Shown here one piece after another: positions 1 to 8,822 of a DNA stretch of 59,245 nucleotides; within the stretch, counting starts at the first letter, position 1; every line of letters starts with the position of its first letter. A model generated the notes under the pieces. The model was not told the origin of the DNA, did no database searches, and was given only the letters and a program-made list of their open reading frames with translations. A program made the translations under genes and the position numbers. The DNA comes from a virus (lineage: Duplodnaviria; Caudoviricetes). Location: positions 1 through 59,245 of the IMG/VR virus record IMGVR_UViG_3300044724_004122. One strand, 5' to 3'.

Positions 1-262
1 AAGTGCCGCAAATCATTCCTTTGAGGTCTTCTTCGGAATCGACGTTCCACATCTCCATCTTTGCTTTCCAAAACTTTTCGTTTGGCTTTGATGGGTCTGG
101 TGGACCGTAGTTTTGTTCTTCAATAGCGTGTTGGCGATTTTCTAGGTTTAGGTTTATGTCTTGTGTGGCAGGAGGGCATTTGAAATCTTTATTCTTCTCG
201 CCAACTACAATAGACAGTTGTTCCCAAATGAGATGTTTTAGTTGTGGTTTTGAAATAGTCAT
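1..262 (-). CDS. Conserved phage protein, truncated at window edge (MTISKPQLKHLIWE...CPPATQDINLNLENRQHAI...YGP)
   Basis: Manual translation from ATG 262, open to base 1; type-B leader; CPPATQD..NRQ.AI..YGP motif recalled from uncharacterised phage proteins. Confidence 0.7.
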   Translation of the reverse strand, partial: MTISKPQLKHLIWEQLSIVVGEKNKDFKCPPATQDINLNLENRQHAIEEQNYGPPDPSKPNEKFWKAKMEMWNVDSEEDLKGMICGT

Positions 263-265
263 AAT

Positions 266-289
266 AAAAAAGGGAGCATTACGCTCCCC
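266..289 (-). terminator. Intrinsic terminator
   Basis: GGGAGC-GTAAT-GCTCCC stem followed by T6 on minus strand. Confidence 0.65.
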
Positions 290-290
290 A

Positions 291-298
291 TAAATAGT
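291..298 (-). promoter_or_regulatory. Putative late promoter motif ACTATTTA
   Basis: Copy of the recurrent motif upstream of leader-bearing genes. Confidence 0.55.
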
Positions 299-316
299 TT
301 AGTTGTTTGTAAAGTT

Positions 317-541
317 CTAATGAGCCATTGCTATAAACAGCGTGGTCCAAATAGATGCTGCTGGCATCATCATTGTTATTTTTGTAAAGCCTGGAATGTC
401 ATCGACTTCTTTGAAGTTTGTGTTTGCCTCGTGAATCATCCACCTATCCAGCGCATAAAACACCGCTGGAATAAGTGAAAGAAAAGGTGCAAAGGTTAGA
501 AACTTACCGATTGAAATAACAGTAGCGAGCATTCTTAGCAT
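317..541 (-). CDS. Small membrane protein
   Basis: 74 aa, two hydrophobic segments, start overlaps upstream stop. Confidence 0.6.
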   Translation of the reverse strand: MLRMLATVISIGKFLTFAPFLSLIPAVFYALDRWMIHEANTNFKEVDDIPGFTKITMMMPAASIWTTLFIAMAH

Positions 542-975
542 TATTTTTTGACCCCAATGTCGCGAACACCAACCCAGTGTGTCGTGCCGTTAGGCTCAAT
601 GACCTGCCAACGGTCAGCGTTTTTTTCGTCGGTGAGAACAACACAAGTACCACTTCGACGCCAGCGAGCGTTCTTTTTAGTGGGCTTGAAGAAGACCACA
701 TCACCCTTTTTGAACTTGGACGGTGGAGGCTTCAACCAAGACAGCGCCTGAGTCAAGTTGCTGTGGTAAGTACCGGCAAAGTAGTCGGTCATCAAGTCAG
801 AATGGTCGTTTTGGCGACGAGTGTGCCAGCCGTGACAATGGTCTTCATCACCATTCTTAACCCAGAATGAAAGAATAGTTCCCTCATGCGAGACCCAAGC
901 CTTGCGGTCAGAAATGTCAACACACCCTTTTCCAAGGCGTTTCTCAATCTTTTTGATGGCGCTTTCAAGTTTCAT
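541..975 (-). CDS. Hypothetical protein with C-terminal KOW/SH3-like domain
   Basis: AGGAG RBS; FKKGDVV motif; first gene after sigma70 promoter. Confidence 0.7.
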   Translation of the reverse strand: MKLESAIKKIEKRLGKGCVDISDRKAWVSHEGTILSFWVKNGDEDHCHGWHTRRQNDHSDLMTDYFAGTYHSNLTQALSWLKPPPSKFKKGDVVFFKPTKKNARWRRSGTCVVLTDEKNADRWQVIEPNGTTHWVGVRDIGVKK

Positions 976-1017
976 AACTCACTCCTTTGTTAGTGTCTCT
1001 CCCCATCTCTCACTAAC

Positions 1018-1045
1018 AATATAGGACAAAAAACGCCCCTGTCAA
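1018..1045 (-). promoter_or_regulatory. sigma70-type early promoter
   Basis: TTGACA-N16-TATATT with GTCC before -10 and A-rich upstream tract. Confidence 0.75.
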
Positions 1046-1049
1046 GGGT

Positions 1050-1313
1050 TTATTTTACTTTTTTTTGATATTTTTGAAGATTTTCTTTTTCTTCTTTGTT
1101 CCAAATGTAAGAGAACTCTTTCTTGGAATTTGCAAAAGTAAGAACTCGATTTACGGCTGGACAGAAAATAACCGTGGAGTTGCCCTCTTCATAGAGAACA
1201 ATACCCACAGTTCCTATAATCTTCTTGGGGTCGATTCTAGCGCCCCCTTTATACTCGTACAACTCGACTCGTCTGCCGCGCTGTTCGTAGCATTCTCTTT
1301 TAGTTTGGTTCAT
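1050..1313 (-). CDS. Hypothetical protein
   Basis: 87 aa ORF overlapping its neighbour in an operon. Confidence 0.6.
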   Translation of the reverse strand: MNQTKRECYEQRGRRVELYEYKGGARIDPKKIIGTVGIVLYEEGNSTVIFCPAVNRVLTFANSKKEFSYIWNKEEKENLQKYQKKVK

Positions 1314-1527
1314 TGTAAATGATTTCTACAAAATCATCGCCTGTAGAAAAAAGGTTAACATTGACATCAACCTCACCATTCGCATACATCTCCGCTAAGA
1401 GTTGTGCTTGCTGAAAGGTGAGCTTGCCTTGTTCGTAACGTTCGTGGAAAATAGAAATTTTATAGTCTGGAATAGTACCTTTCAGACTTTCTAAAAGCAG
1501 TTCAAGTTCTTCAATCTCTTGTGGCAT
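1300..1527 (-). CDS. Hypothetical protein
   Basis: 75 aa ORF in operon. Confidence 0.6.
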   Translation of the reverse strand: MPQEIEELELLLESLKGTIPDYKISIFHERYEQGKLTFQQAQLLAEMYANGEVDVNVNLFSTGDDFVEIIYNEPN

Positions 1528-2095
1528 ACCTTTTGATAAGTCCCATGGTCACTCGCATATCCCGGTGAAAAATGGCAATACCACCGTGCTCTCGATAAGC
1601 TTTAATGTTGTACCACATGTCGTCAATCAGGACTCCTTGTCGTCCATCGAAGTCGGTGTATTTCCACTTGTCATCATCTAGGATAATACGTCCTGGCTGT
1701 GGTGTTAAGTTCTTTTTAATCCACTCAATCTTGCCAGCCTTACTTTCTGCGCTGTTGCCCATTGGAGCCGACAGAATGTAGGGGTCATAAGGAGCAATGG
1801 CGTTCCAAATAGCGCGACCTCCCTTTGCCCACTCTAAGTTCGCCCAAAAATCTTTATTATTGCGAATAATGTCCTTCATCAACTTTCGCAAGTTTTTGTG
1901 CGGCGTGCCAATACGAAGGTCATACTCCTCAACCGAGGTTTTTCCCAACTCTTCAATGGCTTTTTCGATTGTTTCTTTCAACTCTGGGTCAGTAATGTTA
2001 TCTCGGTCTTCCAGAGTCTCGTTGACTATTTTGACAGCGCCTCCGATGAAATCGCAGAGCACCCCGTCCATGTCGCAACAAAACTGTTTATTCAT
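1511..2095 (-). CDS. HAD-family 5'(3')-deoxyribonucleotidase (NT5C-like)
   Basis: DMDGVL motif I, ILSAP, K..W, LIDD motif IV. Confidence 0.85.
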   Translation of the reverse strand: MNKQFCCDMDGVLCDFIGGAVKIVNETLEDRDNITDPELKETIEKAIEELGKTSVEEYDLRIGTPHKNLRKLMKDIIRNNKDFWANLEWAKGGRAIWNAIAPYDPYILSAPMGNSAESKAGKIEWIKKNLTPQPGRIILDDDKWKYTDFDGRQGVLIDDMWYNIKAYREHGGIAIFHRDMRVTMGLIKRYATRD

Positions 2096-2119
2096 TTATT
2101 TCCCTCTCAATACATACAC

Positions 2120-2147
2120 AAGATAGCACAAATAACCCATTTGTCAA
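2120..2147 (-). promoter_or_regulatory. sigma70-type early promoter
   Basis: TTGACA-N16-TATCTT with extended -10 TG. Confidence 0.7.
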
Positions 2148-2347
2148 GGGGTATTCTGCAATTTTACTGTCGAAAGATGAACTTTCAACATTTCTTTTTT
2201 TTCTGGTAGGTAAACGCGAAGCAGGTTATGACCTTTATAGTCTTCCATAACAATGGCGTGAATCCAGTATTGGGTCTTGACAAGCCTTCCGTATTTGTCA
2301 AACTCAACATGGACTTCGGGTATCTTCACTAGGTCGCCCTTCTTCAT
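2144..2347 (-). CDS. Small KOW/SH3-like protein
   Basis: MKKGDLVKIPE start; stop TGA lies inside the downstream -35 box. Confidence 0.65.
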   Translation of the reverse strand: MKKGDLVKIPEVHVEFDKYGRLVKTQYWIHAIVMEDYKGHNLLRVYLPEKKEMLKVHLSTVKLQNTP

Positions 2348-2351
2348 CACT

Positions 2352-2360
2352 ATAAATAGT
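2352..2360 (-). promoter_or_regulatory. Putative late promoter motif ACTATTTAT
   Basis: 4 nt upstream of ATG 2347, no SD. Confidence 0.55.
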
Positions 2361-2366
2361 GACGAC

Positions 2367-3482
2367 CTATGAACTTATAAAGCGTTTGTATTGGGCTTCG
2401 ACGTTGTTCACCTGACTGTCAATGTTCTCAGATGTTCCGTCGAAGTAAATGAAGTTGTTTGCAAACAAACTTTTGTAAGCATCCTTATTTTTATTTACTG
2501 CTTGCCAACTTTTCTCGACTCTTTCTGGCTTGACCTTTCTGCCACCGGCTTTGCCACGCTCTTCATTTCTGGAAAGCGAGAGTTCTAGTGGCACATCAAC
2601 GTAAATCATCGCAGTGTCGTAGCCTGCATCTTCAAGACGCTCTCTTGCCTTGCGGACATTTTGGAGAGAACCGGCTGTACCATCAATAATAAAATCGCTC
2701 CTGTCGCCCACGAGAGCCCTTGTTTTTTGTTTTGCTAGGTTCTGTGCTTGAACAAAGAGTTTGCCCTGCTGAGAGCGAATCTCGCGCTCTGGGTGGTCTA
2801 AATCAAGTGGTAGTCCTGCGGCTTTGAGCATAGGCTCAAACTCATCATCAGCGTTGATGACTTGCATACCTGCGTCAAGTGCGCCAATCTGTTTTAAAAG
2901 CGTAGTTTTACCAGAGCCAGGACCACCAGCCATAAAAATAGCTTTTGGTTTGTTTGGGTTGGCTTGCTCGGCAATAGGCTCTTTATCTGATAAAAATCCT
3001 TGTAGTTGAGTGAGCAGAGGTGCTTGTCTGTTGTTTATAACGCCTTCTGCTTCATCAAATGTGAACCAACCACCGGCATCAACCTCTGGAAACTCCATCA
3101 TACGACCTTTGACAACTTTTTGCACCATGTTTGACTTTGGCTGAAAGCCGTGAGGCAAGTTTCCTTCGCAGGCAAAAGCAAAAACTTTTTTACCACCCGC
3201 TGTCATTATTGGTCCAAGGTGGTATGTGAGCTTACCGGGAAGTTCAGTACCCATCTCTTCTTCAAACTCACGCTTTGCAGCTTGTTGAAGACCTTCTCCC
3301 TCTTCTACACCGCCCTTTGGGATGCCCCAAGCATTTGGATTGTTTTTGTTGTAAGGACCACCAGCATGAACGAGATAGACTTTGTACTTTTGCTCGTCCG
3401 AATCAAATGTGTAGAGAAGAACACCAGCAGAGACCTTGGTTGTGCCGTAAGCCTCTTTTAGAAACTGTTTCCACTTTTTCAT
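2367..3482 (-). CDS. NUDIX hydrolase fused to zeta-toxin-like P-loop kinase, with type-A leader
   Basis: Nudix box GGVEEGEGLQQAAKREFEEEMG; GGPGSGKT, INADD, IIDGT; N-term MKKWKQFLKE. Confidence 0.85.
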   Translation of the reverse strand: MKKWKQFLKEAYGTTKVSAGVLLYTFDSDEQKYKVYLVHAGGPYNKNNPNAWGIPKGGVEEGEGLQQAAKREFEEEMGTELPGKLTYHLGPIMTAGGKKVFAFACEGNLPHGFQPKSNMVQKVVKGRMMEFPEVDAGGWFTFDEAEGVINNRQAPLLTQLQGFLSDKEPIAEQANPNKPKAIFMAGGPGSGKTTLLKQIGALDAGMQVINADDEFEPMLKAAGLPLDLDHPEREIRSQQGKLFVQAQNLAKQKTRALVGDRSDFIIDGTAGSLQNVRKARERLEDAGYDTAMIYVDVPLELSLSRNEERGKAGGRKVKPERVEKSWQAVNKNKDAYKSLFANNFIYFDGTSENIDSQVNNVEAQYKRFISS

Positions 3483-5956
3483 TCTTGGTCCTCGACAAAC
3501 TTCTTGATGTAAGTATACACCTTACTGCGGAATTTGTCCATCTTTTTCTTATCGACTTTGTAGTTGTCGTACTTCTTTACTTCGTCTGGAAGTGAGGGGT
3601 CATCGAGGTCTATGTCTTTGCTGATAGTATCAAGGGCTTTTTCTTCGCCATACTTGCGGAGTAGGTTTTCACCTGCTTGGTGAGCGTGTGCATCAATCTC
3701 GATGTGTCTTTCAAGGTAGTCCTTCATAAAGAGTTCAGACTTGAAGCCATCTTTTTTTATTATTTCTTTTCCGTCTTTGTCTTTCTTGCCAGTTGGCTCC
3801 CAGACTTTCCAATACTTTGGTTGGTCTTTATCCACAACCTGTCTTGGGTCGTCCATCATCTTGGTGAAGGCTTTTTCCAGACCAACACCTTTTGACTTAG
3901 CCTGTGCTTTTAGTTGTTGTAGGTGAACGAGTTCGTGACGGAAAGCAGCAGAAATGTCGGCTACAGCCTCTTCAGCAGACTCGCCAAAGTCGTCAAAGTC
4001 TTCCCACAGGTTCATTAAAACCATAAAAACGGGTGTGCCATCCTCAGCAACGTCAATGGTGGCTGATTGCCACATGTTGCTGGAGAAGTCGCCGGAAGAC
4101 TCTGCAACGCCAACCACGTCGTCCAAACCTGCTCGCTTGAGTGCTTTGTTCATAGCGAGGGTAAGAGCCATAGTAGCGGGAGTCTGTGGCGGTCTGCTTT
4201 CACCTTCCTCAAACTCAAGGTCTTCGTAGTCGTTATCTTCGTCCCAAAAGTTGGACTTCATTATTTCTTCTTCAAAGGCAGTAAAAATTTCTTTTGGAAG
4301 CTTTGTGACCTCGGTTAGTTCGCTGGCATCAACGTCGGTTGCTGCGTGGTCGGTGGTACTACCATCGTAGTATTTGTAGTAAGCGGTTGTGCTAACCTCG
4401 TCGCCAATAAATAAAACTTCTTTCTCACCAGCAACAGCCAGCATTTTTACATTTTTGTGGTTCAAGATAAAGCCAGGGTCAGAAGCTTCTGCGGATAAAA
4501 CAATAGAAACGTATTTTTCGCCTGCTTCTGTTTCATCAGAATAAAGAGAGGTAAAGCCAGAAGCCACGTCTGGGCTGTATGACCAAGAAGTAAGTCCAGA
4601 AGGATACCAACTACTTTTGAAAACAAAGTTGTTCTTTTTTTGTAGTTTGCCTTCTTTTGGGGGGTTGTTTGGGTCAATAAGACCCCAAGATGCAGCAGCC
4701 TTTGCTGGAACAAGCATACCACGATAAACTTTTCCTGCTGGTGGTCTTAGCTCGTCATAATAACTGCTAAGAGTTCCTTCATCAGCCATGGCTTGTATTT
4801 GTTTTAGTATGTCGTGAAGTTCTGTTTTGTTTCTTGTACTCGCGTTCCTGACAAAACTTCTCAACTTTGCTGAGGTCTTTTGCGACCATTGAAAACGTTC
4901 AAGGTCTGTCTCGCCGTCGCCAGCCACAAAAAGGTTATCACCGTATGGCTCATCTGGGTCAATGTCGTGGTCGCCAGGGTATTCTGTTAGACCACGGACT
5001 GCTTTGGAAACTATGTCTCCCAAGGCTGCGCCCATTTCTGCGATGTTCATTTTTAGTTTTGTCATCGCTCTGCCGATTCTCGCAATGTATGGTCTGTCGT
5101 CTTCACCGTCGCGGACGTCCCTTATTGCTTCGATTATTTTTTTAGCAATGTCATCGCCGGTAAAAGAGTAAAGAAAGCGTCTGGTTAAAAATTCTCTTTC
5201 CCTCTCTGACAAAGAGTCTTTGAACTCTTTGTAGGAAACACCTTTGACAAGCAACTCTTCTATTGTTTTTGTAACGACTTCTAGTCTCATTAGGTCTCGT
5301 GGTGGAGGTTTGTAGCCACCAGTAAACGAAGGCTCAATAACACCTGCTTTTACAGCGCCGTTTTCCCATTCAACAAAATCTACGGCTTTTTTATCGTTTG
5401 CCATGCGGTATGAGCCAAGGTCTGTGTGAAAATAAACTGGAATGTTTTTGGCTCTGGCAACTTCGTCCAACCCTCTAAGTCTATCAACTAAACCTTCACT
5501 GTATCTTTCTGTGTACATTTTTGAGCCAATTTCTGTGGCGTATGGCGCAGAAATGTGAACGGCGTCGATAAACTCGGTAGCACCTTTGACATAAGGCTTG
5601 TTTGTAAGAAGTCTGTCTTCGGCTTCTGTTTTCTTTGGTCCTTGTAAAGTTCCCCACTGCCAATAATCAACAGCACCACCTTTGTATTTCTGGCTTAGTT
5701 TTCTGCCATCAACAACAAGATAGCCCGCCCCTTTGCCCTCTTTGTGGTATTCACCACGAAGGTTGCGAGCAAAAGAAATAAAATACTTATAGCCTTTATT
5801 TATTTCTTCTTCGGCACCACTGGTAAAAGCCACTGAGGGTAGGAAGTAGTCTTTTTGTATGATGTTTTTGAGTTGGTCTACATTAGCGTAGTGGTATACT
5901 CTATCGGTCAGAACTTCTGTGAGTATTTCGCTGACCAGGGAACGTAGGTCTTTCAT
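3479..5956 (-). CDS. Polyvalent protein: possible ART-like domain + R-S-E ADP-ribosyltransferase-like domain + zincin metallopeptidase
   Basis: VYHY..ISFAR; VYRG..TSWS..EKEVL; HELVH..EIDAH; start moved to ATG 5956 (MKDLRSLVSEILTE). Confidence 0.7.
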   Translation of the reverse strand: MKDLRSLVSEILTEVLTDRVYHYANVDQLKNIIQKDYFLPSVAFTSGAEEEINKGYKYFISFARNLRGEYHKEGKGAGYLVVDGRKLSQKYKGGAVDYWQWGTLQGPKKTEAEDRLLTNKPYVKGATEFIDAVHISAPYATEIGSKMYTERYSEGLVDRLRGLDEVARAKNIPVYFHTDLGSYRMANDKKAVDFVEWENGAVKAGVIEPSFTGGYKPPPRDLMRLEVVTKTIEELLVKGVSYKEFKDSLSEREREFLTRRFLYSFTGDDIAKKIIEAIRDVRDGEDDRPYIARIGRAMTKLKMNIAEMGAALGDIVSKAVRGLTEYPGDHDIDPDEPYGDNLFVAGDGETDLERFQWSQKTSAKLRSFVRNASTRNKTELHDILKQIQAMADEGTLSSYYDELRPPAGKVYRGMLVPAKAAASWGLIDPNNPPKEGKLQKKNNFVFKSSWYPSGLTSWSYSPDVASGFTSLYSDETEAGEKYVSIVLSAEASDPGFILNHKNVKMLAVAGEKEVLFIGDEVSTTAYYKYYDGSTTDHAATDVDASELTEVTKLPKEIFTAFEEEIMKSNFWDEDNDYEDLEFEEGESRPPQTPATMALTLAMNKALKRAGLDDVVGVAESSGDFSSNMWQSATIDVAEDGTPVFMVLMNLWEDFDDFGESAEEAVADISAAFRHELVHLQQLKAQAKSKGVGLEKAFTKMMDDPRQVVDKDQPKYWKVWEPTGKKDKDGKEIIKKDGFKSELFMKDYLERHIEIDAHAHQAGENLLRKYGEEKALDTISKDIDLDDPSLPDEVKKYDNYKVDKKKMDKFRSKVYTYIKKFVEDQE

Positions 5957-5960
5957 AACC

Positions 5961-5969
5961 ATAAATAGT
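5961..5969 (-). promoter_or_regulatory. Putative late promoter motif ACTATTTAT
   Basis: 4 nt upstream of ATG 5956, directly after a terminator hairpin. Confidence 0.6.
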
Positions 5970-5992
5970 AAGAAAGCCCCAGAAGGGGCTTT
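5970..5992 (-). terminator. Intrinsic terminator
   Basis: AAAGCCCC-TTCT-GGGGCTTT then CTT. Confidence 0.6.
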
Positions 5993-6016
5993 AGATTTTT
6001 TGTTTTATTTTAGCTT

Positions 6017-6244
6017 CTAACGCTCGACAACTAAACCATCTGGGTCAACACCCAAGCAGTTGTAAAGAAGGTCTTCACGGACCTTGAAGGCGCGGGAGAA
6101 GCCATGTTCTAGGTGGAGAATCGGAACCTTTACAACACCACCCTTAAAGTCGGTCACTTTTTCGTATGTGATGTTGACAATTGGTCCTTTTAGTTTTCCA
6201 TTCTCGTCCATAAGGTGTTGTCCAATCTGAAAACGGCTAATCAT
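6017..6244 (-). CDS. Small hypothetical protein (possible SH3-like)
   Basis: 75 aa, FQIGQHL start, GGAG RBS. Confidence 0.55.
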   Translation of the reverse strand: MISRFQIGQHLMDENGKLKGPIVNITYEKVTDFKGGVVKVPILHLEHGFSRAFKVREDLLYNCLGVDPDGLVVER

Positions 6245-6371
6245 ACTTGCTCCACTTTCTACAAGCCTTACGGCTCATTTCTTTTTTACGGTCTTTGTGA
6301 GCACCAGAACGCTTATGACGCATCTTTGCGACATAGGGGTTTCGGGCGCGTCGTAGTTTGACCTTTTTCAT
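6237..6371 (-). CDS. 44-aa highly basic protein, probably leaderless
   Basis: Manual translation MKKVKLRRARNPYVAKMRHKRSGAHKDRKKEMSRKACRKWSKYD; ATG follows the -10 box after a 6-nt gap. Confidence 0.7.
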   Translation of the reverse strand: MKKVKLRRARNPYVAKMRHKRSGAHKDRKKEMSRKACRKWSKYD

Positions 6372-6377
6372 ACCCTG

Positions 6378-6406
6378 TTTATACCCCATTTTCGTTCTCT
6401 TGTCAA
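6378..6406 (-). promoter_or_regulatory. sigma70-type promoter
   Basis: TTGACA-N17-TATAAA. Confidence 0.7.
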
Positions 6407-6615
6407 GCTTCTTCTGCTTTATTCATGGTCATTAGAGTCATTTGTCTCATTTTATCAAAGACTGCCTCAAACTGTTCTTTGTAGCGAGGGTCTGCGACAT
6501 TTGACTTTTCTAATTCATCCAGTAAAAACCACAGTGAAGCGTTTTCATCTTCCAACTGGGCTACTTTCTTTTCTAGTTCTGCTATTTCTTTTTTTAGCTC
6601 GGAGACGGTTTTCAT
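6403..6615 (-). CDS. Coiled-coil protein
   Basis: Heptad Leu pattern LKKEIAELEKKVAQLEDENASL. Confidence 0.65.
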   Translation of the reverse strand: MKTVSELKKEIAELEKKVAQLEDENASLWFLLDELEKSNVADPRYKEQFEAVFDKMRQMTLMTMNKAEEA

Positions 6616-7406
6616 TGGTCCTCTTTTCGATAAGGTGTATAAACATCAACTTGACCTTTCGCAAGTGCATCAACTGCTGGCTCAACTTCGGCTGTTTTGA
6701 TGACGGGCATTTCGTCTCTTGGGGGAAGACCATCAACACCACCACCTTTTTGCTCTTTTAGTTGAGCAGCGTGCTTTTCAAACTTTTCAATGAGAGCATC
6801 AATACCACCGGCAAGGTCAGTAATCATGTTGGCTTCGGCTTTTGTCATGTATTTTGTGATGTTGTCTTCTTCGTTTAGTCTGCGAATGTATTTGCCAACC
6901 TCTCTGACGGGCGCATCAAAGATGTTTGCCACACCGCCAGTAGCACCGGGGTTGCGCTTTCCTGGGTGGAAGTGGTCTCCCACAGCAGCGAGCACAGGAA
7001 TGAGTTCGTCTTTTGGAAGACCAACTTGTACGGCTGTCATTTTAGTTTGTGGACCACCGGCTAACCAAGAGCCTGCCCAACGATGGTGACCATCCATAAT
7101 AAAGTCGTCTGAGGAAACAATAGCGCCCAAGTTGCCGCCAATCTCGTATTTACCTTCAAGCATCCACATACCGTATTCAACAGCGTCAGTGACGCGAACT
7201 TCTTTTTGCGAAGGGTTTAGTTGTTGGCAAGTAAAGGGGGCATTTTTATTTATGACAATTTTGTCATCATCTGGGTCGCCATCTTTGAAGCCACCTGTAA
7301 AAATAGCGTCAGCCTCTTCTTGTGAGGCTGTGTCGGGGAAAGGGAACTTATCCTTATCGAACTCTTCGATTAGAAACTCTTTCCACTCTTTCAGTAAGTC
7401 TTTCAT
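6612..7406 (-). CDS. ParB/Srx-like domain protein with type-A leader
   Basis: LNPSQ and IVSSDDFIMDGHHRW; N-term MKDLLKEWKEFLIEE. Confidence 0.75.
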   Translation of the reverse strand: MKDLLKEWKEFLIEEFDKDKFPFPDTASQEEADAIFTGGFKDGDPDDDKIVINKNAPFTCQQLNPSQKEVRVTDAVEYGMWMLEGKYEIGGNLGAIVSSDDFIMDGHHRWAGSWLAGGPQTKMTAVQVGLPKDELIPVLAAVGDHFHPGKRNPGATGGVANIFDAPVREVGKYIRRLNEEDNITKYMTKAEANMITDLAGGIDALIEKFEKHAAQLKEQKGGGVDGLPPRDEMPVIKTAEVEPAVDALAKGQVDVYTPYRKEDQ

Positions 7407-7648
7407 TTTAGGGCTGGCTCCTTGCCAGAGAGCAATAGTATTTCAACAAATGACCTTTTGAGTTTTAGAAGTTTTCCAAACTTTGCTCTCGCTCTTGTGT
7501 CTATGTAAATAGTTGCAGGCTTTTTGATGTCACCGTTGATGAGTTGGTCTGAAAAGTCGTAAAACTTTGTTTTACCTTTTGCAGAGGCATCGCCCACAAA
7601 AGCAAATAAAACTATTGTTAGGATAATAACTTTTTTTATCAATTTCAT
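7403..7648 (-). CDS. Secreted CglF/GltF-like gliding-motility protein homolog
   Basis: Signal peptide (..ASA), then DFSDQLINGDIKKP...Y...R....F..LLKLK..F, with the same spacing as the recalled CglF pattern; start moved to ATG 7648. Confidence 0.65.
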   Translation of the reverse strand: MKLIKKVIILTIVLFAFVGDASAKGKTKFYDFSDQLINGDIKKPATIYIDTRARAKFGKLLKLKRSFVEILLLSGKEPALK

Positions 7649-8322
7649 TCTTCGATTATTCTCCCTGCTGCACGAAGTGCATCGAGAACTTCTGTGTTTG
7701 ACTTGCTGTACATTTTTGAGAAAGGTGAGTTCATCCAGTTCTCGCCAGCGACTGCGACAGATTTCACTTGCGAACAATCGTCAGCCACAGGTCTTGTGAG
7801 TCTTTGCACTGGGTCTTCTTTTGTTGCATCGAGTTGTTTTTTCTCGATATCTGATCTTGACATGTAGTTTGCCCAAACACGACCCGCATAAGTTGAAACG
7901 CTTTTGCGGTCAGGTGTAAGACCCTCACCATTTTGCGAAGACCATTCTATTGCGACTTCGTATAAAAGTGGACCAAAACCTGTAGTGGCTAATGACCCCC
8001 CAACAACCCAACCGCCCAAACAAGGACCGTCAGCGCGAAGAGGTTCCCTAATCTCTACATAACCGTTTGGAATACCAGTTTTAATAGTCTTTCTGTCTTT
8101 GCGAATAAAAGTATCTTGAGGAGTTAGAATAGAATATTTTTTTGTGTCTTTGTCAACAATACGAACATAGCGAAAACTCATTGTTGTAAAACCCATCATA
8201 CTGCCTTTGTAGATAAGAACTCCAATGTCTGGAAGTTCAAGAATAGCATCTATTTGTTTTTGGATGCGAGGGTCGATTGCTTCATTGAGGAAGTTATTCC
8301 AGTTTTCAAGTAGTTTCTTCAT
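7645..8322 (-). CDS. GNAT-like protein with type-A leader
   Basis: GFGPLLYE and SVSTYAGRVW; start moved to MKKLLENWNNFLNE at 8322. Confidence 0.65.
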   Translation of the reverse strand: MKKLLENWNNFLNEAIDPRIQKQIDAILELPDIGVLIYKGSMMGFTTMSFRYVRIVDKDTKKYSILTPQDTFIRKDRKTIKTGIPNGYVEIREPLRADGPCLGGWVVGGSLATTGFGPLLYEVAIEWSSQNGEGLTPDRKSVSTYAGRVWANYMSRSDIEKKQLDATKEDPVQRLTRPVADDCSQVKSVAVAGENWMNSPFSKMYSKSNTEVLDALRAAGRIIEE

Positions 8323-8822
8323 GGTATGTAAATGACGTGTCCTGATGAGATGTGGTCTCTTGTAATGGAGTCCCAGACTCTTCTTGCGGCTTGTGATGTG
8401 CCACCTGCGCCCAAACACCAAGTGGGCATTATAATAAACGGTTGCCCTATTTGCTTACGCATTTCTTCAAACGCACCGTTGTAAAGTTTCTTGCCAAAGC
8501 CTTGGTTGCGGAAGCCTTCACCAACACGGGCTTTATCAACATAAAAGAATCTTTCTGCTTCGTAGCCCATTTCTTTTAGTTTTTCTAAGTCCTCTCGGCA
8601 GGCTGGCATCTTTCTAAACTTGTCTTTGGAAGTGTAGGTCGCTATTTCTTGGACTATCATGTTGCCGGGAGCAACTGAGCCTCCATCTTCTGTTGAGCCA
8701 AGAAGTGTGATCATAAAACCATCACCGCCAAAAGCTCCAAACTTTTTGACACGCATTGTGGTGCTGACCACTTCTGGTGCTTCGTTTAGAAAATGCTTCC
8801 AGTTTTCTAGTAGTATTTTCAT
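8319..8822 (-). CDS. GNAT acetyltransferase with type-A leader
   Basis: V...FRNQGFGKKLY acetyl-CoA motif; SQAARRVW. Confidence 0.8.
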   Translation of the reverse strand: MKILLENWKHFLNEAPEVVSTTMRVKKFGAFGGDGFMITLLGSTEDGGSVAPGNMIVQEIATYTSKDKFRKMPACREDLEKLKEMGYEAERFFYVDKARVGEGFRNQGFGKKLYNGAFEEMRKQIGQPFIIMPTWCLGAGGTSQAARRVWDSITRDHISSGHVIYIP

